A stretch of 64,000 bases of DNA from positions 24,240 through 88,239 of the forward strand of contig CAYPJE010000004.1 of assembly GCA_964410945.1 (NCBI GenBank), read 5' to 3'. This DNA comes from an uncultured bacterium. Lineage in GTDB: Bacteria > Fidelibacterota > Marinisomatia > Marinisomatales > TCS56. A program made the translations under genes and the position numbers. Positions 46,782 to 56,966 of the stretch are shown one piece after another (the stretch's first letter is position 1; each line of letters starts with the position of its first letter). The notes below the pieces were generated by a model. The model was given only the letters and a program-made list of their open reading frames with translations. It was not told the origin of the DNA and made no database searches.

Positions 46782-48127
46782 CGCGAAATAAACAGTTTCC
46801 GCAGTTTTGGAATGGCAGCTTTCTTGGCAAATACCAGAACAGTATCTTCCTCAGTTAATTGGGAAGAGCCGCGGGCAATACTCAGATGTCCGTGATGGTT
46901 AATAACACCAACAATGCTTTCCTCGGGGAACTTCAGGTCTTTCAGCTGTCCGGTTGTGACTTTACTACCCGGTTCGGGATTGAATTCCAGTACATCAACG
47001 TCAATTTCATCGAAGGTAGTAACCGATGTTTCAGATTGATCGCTCCTGATGTAGCGCAGGATTGCATTGACGGTAGAGATATTCTTACTTATCACAGCAT
47101 CCAGACCGATTTCCTTGATAATCGGAAGATATTCGGTAGTGGATATGTGGATTATAGTCTGTTTTACACCCAGGTGGCGCGCCAGCAGGCCCGACAACAG
47201 ATTGGTCTGTTCATTATGGGCAACGGCAATAAAACTGTCCAACTCACTGATGTTCTCCGAACGCAGAAATTCCACATCGGTCCCATCCCCGTTTAAAATC
47301 ATGGCCTCAGTCAATTCGGTGGCAATCGATTCGGCTTTGCTCCGGTCCACTTCCACTAAACGAACGGACATTTCATCCTGTAACTCTTCCGCCAGTGAAC
47401 GACCAATCTTGGTTCCGCCCATTACCATTATCCGTTTGGTCTTCGAGGCTTGTTTTCCCAGCAATTGCATCAGATCTTCAACCCGGTCGGTCCGGATCAG
47501 AAAGTACCCGGTGTCGCGTTCCTGAAATATGAAATCCCCCCAGGGAACGTAACTGTCGCCATTCCGGGTGATAGTAACCACACCAAATTTGAAACCGACC
47601 TCACTCTCGCAGAATTCCTTAACTGATTTACCGATAATCGGTGATTTGCTGTGCAGCCGGATTCCCAGTAATTGAAGGCGCCCGCCCTCGAATTCCATCA
47701 CCTGTGAGGCATAGGTCCGCCGGACCAGGCGCACGATCTCCTGACAGGCGGCTTTCTCCGGATGGATAACCATATCAATTCCAAACCGTTCGGGTCGGAT
47801 AATCGATTCGCGGGTTGTGTACTGCTGGTTTCTCAGACGTGAAATTATTTTCTTTGCGCCTAATTCATGAGCCTGCTGGGATGCAATCAGATTCACCTCG
47901 TCAACTCGTGTTACACAAACAACATAATCGGCTTCCTGGACGCGTGCTCTGGTGAGGTTTCGCGGACTGGCACCATGGCCTTCCACTACAATCACGTCCA
48001 GTGTTTCTGCAATCCGCCGGCATTTCTCAGGATCGAGTTCGATAACAGTAATATCAAAATCTTCCTGACTCAGAGCACGGGCGACATGAAAGCCCACTTC
48101 ACCAGCTCCAATGATAACAATTTTCAT
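46778..48127 (-). CDS. trkA: Potassium uptake protein TrkA (tandem RCK/NAD-binding)
   Basis: 449 aa. The Rossmann motifs MKIVIIGAGEVG and a second IMVMGGTKIG are present. Confidence 0.92.
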   Translation of the reverse strand: MKIVIIGAGEVGFHVARALSQEDFDITVIELDPEKCRRIAETLDVIVVEGHGASPRNLTRARVQEADYVVCVTRVDEVNLIASQQAHELGAKKIISRLRNQQYTTRESIIRPERFGIDMVIHPEKAACQEIVRLVRRTYASQVMEFEGGRLQLLGIRLHSKSPIIGKSVKEFCESEVGFKFGVVTITRNGDSYVPWGDFIFQERDTGYFLIRTDRVEDLMQLLGKQASKTKRIMVMGGTKIGRSLAEELQDEMSVRLVEVDRSKAESIATELTEAMILNGDGTDVEFLRSENISELDSFIAVAHNEQTNLLSGLLARHLGVKQTIIHISTTEYLPIIKEIGLDAVISKNISTVNAILRYIRSDQSETSVTTFDEIDVDVLEFNPEPGSKVTTGQLKDLKFPEESIVGVINHHGHLSIARGSSQLTEEDTVLVFAKKAAIPKLRKLFISR

Positions 48128-48144
48128 CTCCTGCTATTCTCCCT

Positions 48145-49395
48145 CTATTCCTTATCCCGGCGGATATCGGCACCGAGTGATCTGAATTTTGCTTCAATAT
48201 TTTCATAACCGCGGTCGATATGATATACCCGGCTGATATCGGTACGGCCCTCCGCTGCCAAACCGCCCAGGATCAGGGCCGCGCTGGCGCGGATATCGGT
48301 TGACATGACCGGAGCCCCTTTCAGTCGAGGCTGACCATGCACAATCGCAACATTTTTCTCTAATTTAATATTTGCTCCCAGCCGGGCCAGCTCGGGAATA
48401 TGCGAAAAACGGTCCTGATAAATTGTATCGGTGACAACAGCCGTGCCACTGGAACGGCTCATAAGAGCAATCCACTGGGCCTGGAGATCGGTGGGAAATC
48501 CGGGGTATACCGCCGTCGTTACGTCAACCGGTTCGATTCTATCTGCTGCCCGTACACGAATGTGATTTTCCCCAACTTCAATCTGTGCTCCCGTATCGGA
48601 TAATTTATCCAGCACGTTCACCAGGTGATTCGGATTAACATCCTGCAGCGTAATATCACCCAGCATGGCGCCAGCCATCAGGAAAGTACCGGCTTCAATC
48701 CGATCCGGAATTACCGTGATCGAATGCGGTTCAAGAGAAGTCACACCTTCGATGACCAACTCATCGGTACCGATTCCCTCTATTTTGGCACCCATAATAT
48801 TCAGGAATTCACATAGTTGAACAATCTCCGGTTCACGGGCGGCATTTTCGATTGTAGTTGTCCCATCGGCCAAAACAGCAGCCATGGCGATATTTCCAGT
48901 GGCCCCTACCGAAGGGATCTCAAAACTGATTTTATTGCCTTTCAGGCGCTTTGCTTCAGCCAGAATATAGCCACCCTCCAAAGTAATCTTTGCACCGAGT
49001 TTTTCCAGACCTTTCAGATGAAAATCAACCGGACGGGGACCCCATGCGCAGCCGCCGGGTAATGAAACCCGGGCTGTTCCATGCTTAGCCACCAGGGGAC
49101 CAAGAACATAAAACGAGGCCCGCATCGTCTTTACCAACTCATACGGTGCTTCAGGATTATTAACTGACCCACCATCAATCGTAAGTACATCATCGTGCAA
49201 CTCAGTGGATGCCCCGATAATATTCAGCAGCTTAATCATTGTCATGGTATCGCGCAACCGGGGGACTTTTCTGATATCCAGACTCCCATCCACCAGTAAC
49301 GCGGCTGTCATGATCGGTAAAACGGCGTTTTTCGCCCCACTGATAGATACCTGCCCGTTTAATTCTTTTCCGCCGTTTATGACCAGTTTATCCAT
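48145..49395 (-). CDS. murA: UDP-N-acetylglucosamine 1-carboxyvinyltransferase
   Basis: 416 aa. The block ISGAKNA is present, and LPGGCAWGPRPVD carries the active-site Cys. Confidence 0.96.
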   Translation of the reverse strand: MDKLVINGGKELNGQVSISGAKNAVLPIMTAALLVDGSLDIRKVPRLRDTMTMIKLLNIIGASTELHDDVLTIDGGSVNNPEAPYELVKTMRASFYVLGPLVAKHGTARVSLPGGCAWGPRPVDFHLKGLEKLGAKITLEGGYILAEAKRLKGNKISFEIPSVGATGNIAMAAVLADGTTTIENAAREPEIVQLCEFLNIMGAKIEGIGTDELVIEGVTSLEPHSITVIPDRIEAGTFLMAGAMLGDITLQDVNPNHLVNVLDKLSDTGAQIEVGENHIRVRAADRIEPVDVTTAVYPGFPTDLQAQWIALMSRSSGTAVVTDTIYQDRFSHIPELARLGANIKLEKNVAIVHGQPRLKGAPVMSTDIRASAALILGGLAAEGRTDISRVYHIDRGYENIEAKFRSLGADIRRDKE

Positions 49396-49408
49396 ATTAT
49401 CCTTTATT

Positions 49409-51043
49409 CTATGCCTGAGTTAAGACGACTTCGTCTTTCGATTTCGATTCACCGGCAACCAGTCGGGCTACTGCAGCAGCACTATCCCTTTTATCAAGGT
49501 ATCGTACCTTTACGTCGGTTGCGGTTGCGGTTAATTTCTTTTCCACTTCCAGATGCTGTTGAGCCCGCCTGGCGATCTGCGGTAAATGAGTAATACAGAT
49601 TACCTGCTTGTTTCTGGCCAGATTGACCAGGCTATCGGCAACCTTTTCAGCCGCTGATCCGGATATACCGGTATCAATTTCATCAAAGATCAGGATTTCT
49701 ACCGGATCGCTGGCCTGAAGGATGGTCTTTATAGCCAGCATGATCCTTGATATTTCTCCCCCGGATGCAATTTGATCCATGGGCTTCAATTTCTCCCCGG
49801 GATTGGCGCTAAGATAGAACTGGACCACATCATACCCACCAGGATTGATTTTTACCGGGTTATTCTCAAACAAAATGGCCGATTGATCGTCAGCTGCCTG
49901 GGAAATTCTTATTTCGAAACGGCCGCCTAGCATATTGAGTTTATGCATTTCAGCTTCGATCGCCATCGACAATCGCGGTGCCGTATCAATCCGTTTTTTA
50001 TGCAGTTTATCGGCCTGTGCTTGAAATTTTCCCTGCAATCTGGCAATCTGTTGCTTCTGGGTAATTATCTTGTCCTCCAACTGCTCCAGTTCGTCAAGTT
50101 CCAGCTGATTGGAATTACGGTACTCCAATACCGCTTCCAAAGCACCACCATATTTCCTTTTAAGGGTTTCTATAGCCTGGATACGGTCCTGCAACTCCAA
50201 CAAGCGTTCGTTGTCAGAATCTAATCCCTGACTGTGAATCCGTAAGCTGTTATCGGCATCCTGTAAAATGATTACCGCTTCAGAAATCATCTGGGCGAAC
50301 TGGTGCATTCCGGAGTCGAATTTCCCCAGACGCTCAAGTAATTTTAGAGCCTGTTGCAGACCGGGGATCAGGGCATTCTCGCCGGATATCAACTGATCAT
50401 TCAAAGTGGCAATCGAACTGATCATTTCTTCAGCGTGGCTCAACCGGCTATATTCCTCATTTAGGGTTATATCTTCTCCGGTCACGGGGTCAACTGCCGC
50501 TATCTCCTTCAATTGAAATTCCAGTAAATCAGCCCGGTCCCTGGCCTGGGACAGTTTCTCAATCAGATGCTGGAGCCTGATTCTGGAGTTCTCCAGGTCG
50601 CGATAAACAATATTTAATTCAGCTACGGTGGTTCCGGTACCGGCGAAATCATCCAGGTAATTGATATGAGTGGCCTGATCCATAATCAGCTGCTGTTCAT
50701 GTTGGCCGTGAAAATCCGCAACCGGGGCTGCGGTCTGTTTAAATAATTTTTCGTTTACCGGTTCATCATTGACATAGTTTTTAATCCGGCCTTTACTGGG
50801 AATAATCCGATAAAGCGTCAACTGCTGTTCGGCATTGTTGATATTAGTCTCAACCGTTGCACGATCACTATCCGATTTAACCATCGTACGGGTTGGTTTC
50901 ATTCCCAGGGAAACTGCCAGGGCTTGCAGGATTATTGACTTGCCGGAACCGGTTTCACCGGTAATAATTGTCAGACCAGGCTTAAAATTCAATTTAAGAT
51001 CGTCGATTATAGCGAAATTTCGGATATGTAATTGTTCAATCAT
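49409..51043 (-). CDS. recN: DNA repair protein RecN
   Basis: The N-terminus is MIEQLHIRNFAII. Walker A is GETGSGKS, followed by a long coiled coil, ASGGEISR and FDEIDTG. The ORF track extends to 51082. Confidence 0.93.
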   Translation of the reverse strand: MIEQLHIRNFAIIDDLKLNFKPGLTIITGETGSGKSIILQALAVSLGMKPTRTMVKSDSDRATVETNINNAEQQLTLYRIIPSKGRIKNYVNDEPVNEKLFKQTAAPVADFHGQHEQQLIMDQATHINYLDDFAGTGTTVAELNIVYRDLENSRIRLQHLIEKLSQARDRADLLEFQLKEIAAVDPVTGEDITLNEEYSRLSHAEEMISSIATLNDQLISGENALIPGLQQALKLLERLGKFDSGMHQFAQMISEAVIILQDADNSLRIHSQGLDSDNERLLELQDRIQAIETLKRKYGGALEAVLEYRNSNQLELDELEQLEDKIITQKQQIARLQGKFQAQADKLHKKRIDTAPRLSMAIEAEMHKLNMLGGRFEIRISQAADDQSAILFENNPVKINPGGYDVVQFYLSANPGEKLKPMDQIASGGEISRIMLAIKTILQASDPVEILIFDEIDTGISGSAAEKVADSLVNLARNKQVICITHLPQIARRAQQHLEVEKKLTATATDVKVRYLDKRDSAAAVARLVAGESKSKDEVVLTQA

Positions 51044-51416
51044 CCCTGTTTCCGAAATTGAAAGATATACCAAATCCGGCACCTAACCAAATCCCAAAAT
51101 TATCGGCCAGAAAATCCAGCCAGTCCGGCATTCGGCCGGGAATCAGCGATTGGTAGAATTCATCCAGACCGGCGAAAAACAGGCAGATACCAACCCCCAG
51201 GAAAAAACTTTTCACAGTTCGCTGGCCAATACTTTTCATAATCAGATAGCCCAGCAGAAAATATTCGATTATATGCAATAATTTATCATTGGCGAATAGT
51301 CGGGAATCCGGAATATGATCAGCCGGGATACTGGATCCGACAAATATCAGGACCAGATATGAAACAAAAAGAATCCTGTAATGCCGTGGAGACAGATTCA
51401 GAATTAATATATTCAT
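51036..51416 (-). CDS. VanZ-like membrane protein
   Basis: 126 aa with 4 TM segments. The block DKLLHIIEYFLLGYL is present. Confidence 0.7.
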   Translation of the reverse strand: MNILILNLSPRHYRILFVSYLVLIFVGSSIPADHIPDSRLFANDKLLHIIEYFLLGYLIMKSIGQRTVKSFFLGVGICLFFAGLDEFYQSLIPGRMPDWLDFLADNFGIWLGAGFGISFNFGNRDD

Positions 51417-51793
51417 CAGCTGGATTCTTTCTGTACAATTGCCGCTGCCACTGCATATTCGGGGATATGCGAAATACTTACCCGACAGACAATTTTTTCG
51501 TTTGTCTTAAAATGCAGATTCACTGATGGGCGGCCATCAGGTTCGGGTATTATTTCAATTTTCTTCAAAGATGGGCTTACTGCTATCCCAGCTGACATTA
51601 AAGCTTTTTTAACCGCTTCTTTGGCAGCAAAACGACCGGCAAAATGTTCGGCACTGCGGGGGCGGCTGTCACAGTAATCTATCTCAACTTTGGTAAAAGT
51701 GTGCTGACGAAATTTTTCGTGATATTTATTCAGGAGACGTTCAATATTCGGCACCGATACTATATCGGTACCTATGAAACACTCATCCAGCAT
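51416..51793 (-). CDS. acpS: Holo-[acyl-carrier-protein] synthase
   Basis: 125 aa. Motifs IGTDIVSV and RFAAKEAVKKAL are present. Confidence 0.88.
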   Translation of the reverse strand: MLDECFIGTDIVSVPNIERLLNKYHEKFRQHTFTKVEIDYCDSRPRSAEHFAGRFAAKEAVKKALMSAGIAVSPSLKKIEIIPEPDGRPSVNLHFKTNEKIVCRVSISHIPEYAVAAAIVQKESS

Positions 51794-52469
51794 TTATATC
51801 CCGGACAATTTTTACCAGTTCATATATATCATCGATATCCCAGTTGGCCCCGGAATTCTCAACCGGATCAAAGGCATTACCGTACCGGGCGAAAATTGTT
51901 CGGATTCCCAGCTGACTGGCACCAACCACATCCCGCTCTGGCCAGTCACCGATCATAATGGCCTCATCCGGTTTTATCTTTAAAGTATCCAGTGCCAGTT
52001 GGAAAGGTTTTGGTGATGGTTTATGAGTTCCCGTATCATCATGTGTAATCACCAGGTCAAATACATGGTGCAGGTTTAAATAATAGATCCTCAACCATGC
52101 CTCACGGCTGGGTGCATCTGAGACTACCGCCAGTCTGATTCCCATTTTCATCAGTTTGATCAGGGTGCGATTGACATTGGGATAAGTCCGCAAGCTGGCT
52201 TCACGATTCCGTCGGTAAGCTACGACTCCGGCAGCCAGATACTTGTTATTTACCCGGCCTTCAACAGCTTTAAGGTAATCATCAAAGACCAGTTGATTTT
52301 CCCACCCATGGTCCTGGTATAGTTTAATAATCTGATCGAATGCTTCCTGCTCGTCCACATCCAGACCGGCTTCGATCATTGCATGGACTGCGGCCCGGAC
52401 GGCCTGGTATTTCATGGTGACAAAATCCAGCAGGGTATTGTCGAGGTCGAATATTACAGCTTTAATCAC
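51783..52469 (-). CDS. HAD-superfamily hydrolase (subfamily IA)
   Basis: 228 aa. Motifs FDLDNTLLDF, VVSDA, KPSP and GDWPERDV are present. Confidence 0.8.
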   Translation of the reverse strand: MIKAVIFDLDNTLLDFVTMKYQAVRAAVHAMIEAGLDVDEQEAFDQIIKLYQDHGWENQLVFDDYLKAVEGRVNNKYLAAGVVAYRRNREASLRTYPNVNRTLIKLMKMGIRLAVVSDAPSREAWLRIYYLNLHHVFDLVITHDDTGTHKPSPKPFQLALDTLKIKPDEAIMIGDWPERDVVGASQLGIRTIFARYGNAFDPVENSGANWDIDDIYELVKIVRDINAG

Positions 52470-52513
52470 TGCAGATGCCGTAATTACTTACGGTTAAAGA
52501 ACAATCAGTCTGT

Positions 52514-53827
52514 CTACTCTTCGTATTTGGCCGGATTCTTGATTCGATCGATCTCGTATTCGGCTACCCGGCGCCATTGACTGTCATTTCGGGCTTTTTC
52601 CAGGGAGTTCAAGGCCCTGGTTTTATCACCTTTACCATTACAGTAATAGGCCACTCCCATTTCGATAAGAGCCGGTGCATAATTATTACGAACATCAACG
52701 GCTGTTTTGGCGGCGTCAAGGGCATTTTCGCAATCGCCCAGCTGATTGTAGGATTGTGAAAGATAATACCATCCATTCAATGACTTGGCATTGAAGGCTA
52801 CCGCCTGGGTCAGATACTGGACCGCATCTTCCCATTGTTCCAATTTGGTATATGTTAAACCGAGATTTTCATAGGCTTTAGCATAGGTTGGATCGACAGA
52901 GATTGCCAGCTGGAACCGATCGATGGCTTTTTCATATTCCTGCCGGTCGACATAGATCTCGCCCATGCTGGAATAAGACTTGGCATGGGTTGGATCGACA
53001 TTGACTGCATTCTGAAATGTCTCTAATGCCGCATCGATATCACCGATTTTTTTGTAGGCTAAACCCAGCCCAAATAAAACACGAGCAGAATTGGGCTGAA
53101 ACTCTAATGCTTTTTTATACAGTATGATGGCCTTATCCACATCTCCTAAACGACCCGAAATTACACCGATTTGATAATGGGCCTGGAAAAAGGTTGAATC
53201 ATACTCAAGCACTTTATAGTATGATTCCATGGCACCTTCCAAATCACCCATCTTATATAAACGATTACCATCGTTAAATTTATTCTTCACTACATTCTGG
53301 ATAGCGGAATGGGCATTAGCGAATTCTGGATTGATTGTCAGGGTCCGCTGAAAATCGGCAATGGCGCCATCGTAATCCTTACGACGCATATTGACCCCCC
53401 CCATGTTATAGGCTGCTTTGGCAAAATGCGGAAAATCAACCAGAACATTTTCAAAGGTGGCATAGGCATCATCGAGATCACCGCTGTTCATATACCGGAT
53501 TGCCTCACTCATCATGGAAAGCAGTTCGGTCACCTTTTCGTATTCGGCCCGATATTCTTCATTTTCCGGTTCGGTCTCAATTGCGGTTCGGAAAAATTCA
53601 CCGGCCTTTTCCATATCACCCGAGCGGATATAGACCTGAGCCAGAAGGAACAATGCAGGTGCGAACGTCGGATCAGCCTTAATGGCCTGGTCGAGCTGCT
53701 CCTGTGCTGCTGAAAATTGCTTGGCAGCTATGCTTGCTTCAGCAGAATTAAATAAATCCTGCGGTGATTGTGCGAATGAAAAGGATATTAATATCAGCGC
53801 AAAGATCAGTGTTCTTGCTGCGTTCAT
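52514..53827 (-). CDS. Secreted TPR-repeat protein
   Basis: The ATG at 53827 is preceded by AGGAGG and gives the signal peptide MNAARTLIFALILISFSFAQS, followed by 10 or more TPR units. The ORF-track extension to 53884 would run into the tRNA gene. Confidence 0.75.
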   Translation of the reverse strand: MNAARTLIFALILISFSFAQSPQDLFNSAEASIAAKQFSAAQEQLDQAIKADPTFAPALFLLAQVYIRSGDMEKAGEFFRTAIETEPENEEYRAEYEKVTELLSMMSEAIRYMNSGDLDDAYATFENVLVDFPHFAKAAYNMGGVNMRRKDYDGAIADFQRTLTINPEFANAHSAIQNVVKNKFNDGNRLYKMGDLEGAMESYYKVLEYDSTFFQAHYQIGVISGRLGDVDKAIILYKKALEFQPNSARVLFGLGLAYKKIGDIDAALETFQNAVNVDPTHAKSYSSMGEIYVDRQEYEKAIDRFQLAISVDPTYAKAYENLGLTYTKLEQWEDAVQYLTQAVAFNAKSLNGWYYLSQSYNQLGDCENALDAAKTAVDVRNNYAPALIEMGVAYYCNGKGDKTRALNSLEKARNDSQWRRVAEYEIDRIKNPAKYEE

Positions 53828-53843
53828 TGGGACCTCCTGTTTG

Positions 53844-53927
53844 TGCCGAAGGCGGGACTCGAACCCGCACGCCCGGATGAGCACTACCCCCTCAAGATAG
53901 CGTGTCTACCAGTTCCACCACTTCGGC
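53844..53927 (-). tRNA. tRNA-Leu (anticodon GAG), class II, no encoded CCA
   Basis: The minus-strand sequence is GCCGAAGTGGTGGAACTGGTAGACACGCTATCTTGAGGGGGTAGTG...GGGTTCGAGTCCCGCCTTCGGCA. The anticodon loop is TTGAGGG. Confidence 0.9.
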
Positions 53928-53936
53928 AATTTCCGG

Positions 53937-54278
53937 TTATTCCAGAATTAGTTGATCATCCTGCCCGGCGGGACGGGATAAATCTGAACCAGGTGAGATC
54001 ACCCGTTCTTCTGCTTCCTGCTTAATGATCGAGCGCGACTCAGCCATCCGTGTGGATGACAACAGGCTGATCAATACAGCCAGGGACATGAAGGCTACTG
54101 CCAGTCCAGTGGTGACCTTGCTCAGAAAAGAAGCCGCACCACGGCCTCCCAGAACCTGGTTAGTAATACCACCACCAATTGATCCTGCCAGACCGCCGCC
54201 CTGGCTGGCCTGCATCAAAATCACTGTAATCAACAATATTGAAACCAGGGTTTCAACAACTAATAAAAATCCGTACAC
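53937..54278 (-). CDS. secG: Preprotein translocase subunit SecG
   Basis: 113 aa. The N-terminus is MYGFLLVVETLVSILLITVILMQASQGGGLAG. Confidence 0.88.
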   Translation of the reverse strand: MYGFLLVVETLVSILLITVILMQASQGGGLAGSIGGGITNQVLGGRGAASFLSKVTTGLAVAFMSLAVLISLLSSTRMAESRSIIKQEAEERVISPGSDLSRPAGQDDQLILE

Positions 54279-54281
54279 GGG

Positions 54282-55058
54282 TTATTCCTCTTTATAATTT
54301 TCCTGCACTAATTGAGCTATCGATGTAAATGAGTCAACTTTAAGACTGGCGCCCCCAATCAAAAATCCATCTACACCCGGTGCCTGAATTAATTCTGCGG
54401 CATTGTCCGGTTTCACGGAACCGCCATATAAAATGGCTGTATTCCGGGCAACAGCATCGGTAAACAGATCGGATAATACCAGTCTGACAACCTGATGTGC
54501 CTCGCTGGCCTGATCGACACTGGCGGTAACGCCGGTACCAATCGCCCAAACCGGTTCATAGGCAACCACAATTCGATCCATCTCTTCGGCACTGACGTCA
54601 GCAAGACCAGCCACCAATTGATCGCGCAGTACTTTTTCTGTATCACCAGCCTGACGCTGCTCCAGAGTCTCACCGATACAAAGGATTGGCAGCATCTTTG
54701 AATTGAGCACGGCTTTGACCTTGGCATTGATCCATTCTTCCGGTTCATTAAAAACATGACGCCGTTCGGAATGACCGATAATGACATAGTCTACGCCACA
54801 GGCTTCCAGCATACTGATCGATATTTCACCAGTGAAAGCACCCTTGTCTTCATAATGACAATTCTGGGCAGCCAACGACAGCGATGGAACATTCAATAAA
54901 CTTTTTATGTTAAAGAGCGCCGTAAAAGGCGGGCTGAATATAATGTTCACCCCTTCTATATTCAAAAGTAATTTGCGACATTCTTCGACGAACGAATACC
55001 CCTCCTGCGGGGTCATATGCATTTTCCAGTTTCCTGCGACAATAGGTTTAGTAATCAT
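54282..55058 (-). CDS. tpiA: Triosephosphate isomerase
   Basis: 258 aa. Motifs AGNWKMH, IGHSERR, AYEPVWAIGTG and GGASLK are present. Confidence 0.96.
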   Translation of the reverse strand: MITKPIVAGNWKMHMTPQEGYSFVEECRKLLLNIEGVNIIFSPPFTALFNIKSLLNVPSLSLAAQNCHYEDKGAFTGEISISMLEACGVDYVIIGHSERRHVFNEPEEWINAKVKAVLNSKMLPILCIGETLEQRQAGDTEKVLRDQLVAGLADVSAEEMDRIVVAYEPVWAIGTGVTASVDQASEAHQVVRLVLSDLFTDAVARNTAILYGGSVKPDNAAELIQAPGVDGFLIGGASLKVDSFTSIAQLVQENYKEE

Positions 55059-56246
55059 TTAGCGCTCCAATACGGTTAAAGCCGGCAGTGATACACCACT
55101 CAGTAATTCCAGTGATGCACCTCCGCCTGTTGATACGTGAGACATTTTTTCCATTAAATTATAGCCTTTTACTGCTGCGGCCGAGTCACCTCCACCTACG
55201 ACAGATATCGCACCATTGTCGGTAGCATTGGCTAATTCTTCTGCCAGGGTTCTGGTTCCCTGATCAAAACCGGGAATCTCGAATACACCCATGGGACCAT
55301 TCCAGATAATCGTACTGGCCTTGTGAACGATATTCACGAAAGAAGTGGTTGTTTCCGGGCCAATATCCAATCCCATCTGGTCATCCGGTATTTTATCAAT
55401 TGAGAATACAGTTTTTTCCTCGTGGTCATCCAGTGAATTAGCACACAGAACGTCACTGGGAAAATGCAGGTTGATTTTTTTCTGATTGGCGTCGGCAATT
55501 ATTTTCTCAGCCGTCCTTAACATTGATTTATCAACCAGCGATCCACCCACATTTTTTCCCATGGCCTGTAAAAATGTAAAAGCCATTCCGCCACCGATGA
55601 TAATATCATCGGCCTCATCCAGGAAGCGGTTGATCAGGCTTAATTTCGAACCGACTTTGGCACCTCCCAGAATCACGACCAGCGGCCTGTTCGGCCTTTT
55701 GATCACATCGCTTAAAAACCTGACTTCCCGCTCGACCAGATTCCCGATGCCACGTTGCGCAAAATGAGCGGCAACGCCCACATTACTGGCATGGGCCCGG
55801 TGGGCAGTACCAAAAGCGTCATTAATATAAACGCTGCCATGCTTGGACAGCAAAGCTCCAAATTGTGATTCGTTGGAGGTTTCTTCCTTATGGAATCTCA
55901 GGTTTTCCAGCAGATGAACTTCCCCTGCACTTAGACCCAGCGATACATCCCGGGCGTCTTCGGAAACACAGTCATGGGAAAATTTGATGGACTTTTCCAG
56001 CAGATCAGCCAGTGTTTCACCAACCGGAACCAGGCTTAATTCAGGAATCACCTTCCCTTTGGGTCGACCCAGGTGGGACATCAGAACAACCGAAGCACCG
56101 GTATTCAGACAGTGCTGGATAGTCGGTAGCGCAGCCCTGATCCTGAAATCATCAGCCACAACACCATTTTTTAAAGGCACATTGAAATCAACACGGATTA
56201 AAACGCGTTTCCCTTTCAAGTCAAATGAATTTAAAGTATTTAACAT
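55059..56246 (-). CDS. pgk: Phosphoglycerate kinase
   Basis: 395 aa. Motifs RVDFNVP, SHLGRPKG and STGGGASLE are present. Confidence 0.97.
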   Translation of the reverse strand: MLNTLNSFDLKGKRVLIRVDFNVPLKNGVVADDFRIRAALPTIQHCLNTGASVVLMSHLGRPKGKVIPELSLVPVGETLADLLEKSIKFSHDCVSEDARDVSLGLSAGEVHLLENLRFHKEETSNESQFGALLSKHGSVYINDAFGTAHRAHASNVGVAAHFAQRGIGNLVEREVRFLSDVIKRPNRPLVVILGGAKVGSKLSLINRFLDEADDIIIGGGMAFTFLQAMGKNVGGSLVDKSMLRTAEKIIADANQKKINLHFPSDVLCANSLDDHEEKTVFSIDKIPDDQMGLDIGPETTTSFVNIVHKASTIIWNGPMGVFEIPGFDQGTRTLAEELANATDNGAISVVGGGDSAAAVKGYNLMEKMSHVSTGGGASLELLSGVSLPALTVLER

Positions 56247-56261
56247 AAGTAAACATCCTAT

Positions 56262-56966
56262 CTAATTATCAATTCTTGGAGTGCTGCAAGTAAAAGCCGT
56301 TATTAATTCAGCACCAGATTTACGCAGTGCAGTGGCACAGGCCGAAATGGTAGCTCCGGTCGTAAGAACATCATCAATTACGGCAATCCGGTCATAGTCC
56401 AAATTTTTTGAGGCCTTGAAAGCCTGCGACATATTTACAAAACGCTCATCACTTTTTAAAGTGGTTTGAGTTTTGGTTACTTTAATTCTTTTTAACAGGT
56501 CAAAATCATAGTGCAATCCGGTAACTTTACTGATACCACGGACGATCCATTCAGCCTGATTATAACCTCTTTCCCGTCTTTTCACAGGGTGCAGGGGAAC
56601 AGCCGTCAGAATCGACATCTGCGTAAACTCTTTTTCAAACAACCGGCCCAGTTCCGCGCCTAAAAGAACACCGAATTTAGCATAATCTGAATATTTAAGT
56701 GTATGAATAATATCCTGTAAAACGGCAGTGAAATACCAGCCCGAATAAGCTCCATCCAGATCGGTGTTATAGGTAATCCTGTCTATCCAGTTTCCCAATC
56801 CCGTTAACTCCAGGTTTGTCAGGCAGGCGTCGCAAATCACCTCCTGATCGGCTGTCATCTGGTCACCACAAGCCCGGCAGGTTCGCGGATATATTAAATC
56901 CAGAGAATAATTTATTAAATATTTTAACTTCAGATAATCCTTAACCAGCCTGTTATCGAATAGAAT
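56262..56966 (-). CDS. comF: ComF-family protein (amidophosphoribosyltransferase-like); the start codon is uncertain
   Basis: The PRTase motif is IAVIDDVLTTGATI. The first ATG is at 56858. The in-frame upstream codons, open back to the TAA at 56969-56967, encode ...LINYSLDLIYPRTCRACGDQ, the first CxxC of the zinc finger, and contain no ATG/GTG/TTG. Confidence 0.8.
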   Translation of the reverse strand: MLFDNRLVKDYLKLKYLINYSLDLIYPRTCRACGDQMTADQEVICDACLTNLELTGLGNWIDRITYNTDLDGAYSGWYFTAVLQDIIHTLKYSDYAKFGVLLGAELGRLFEKEFTQMSILTAVPLHPVKRRERGYNQAEWIVRGISKVTGLHYDFDLLKRIKVTKTQTTLKSDERFVNMSQAFKASKNLDYDRIAVIDDVLTTGATISACATALRKSGAELITAFTCSTPRIDN

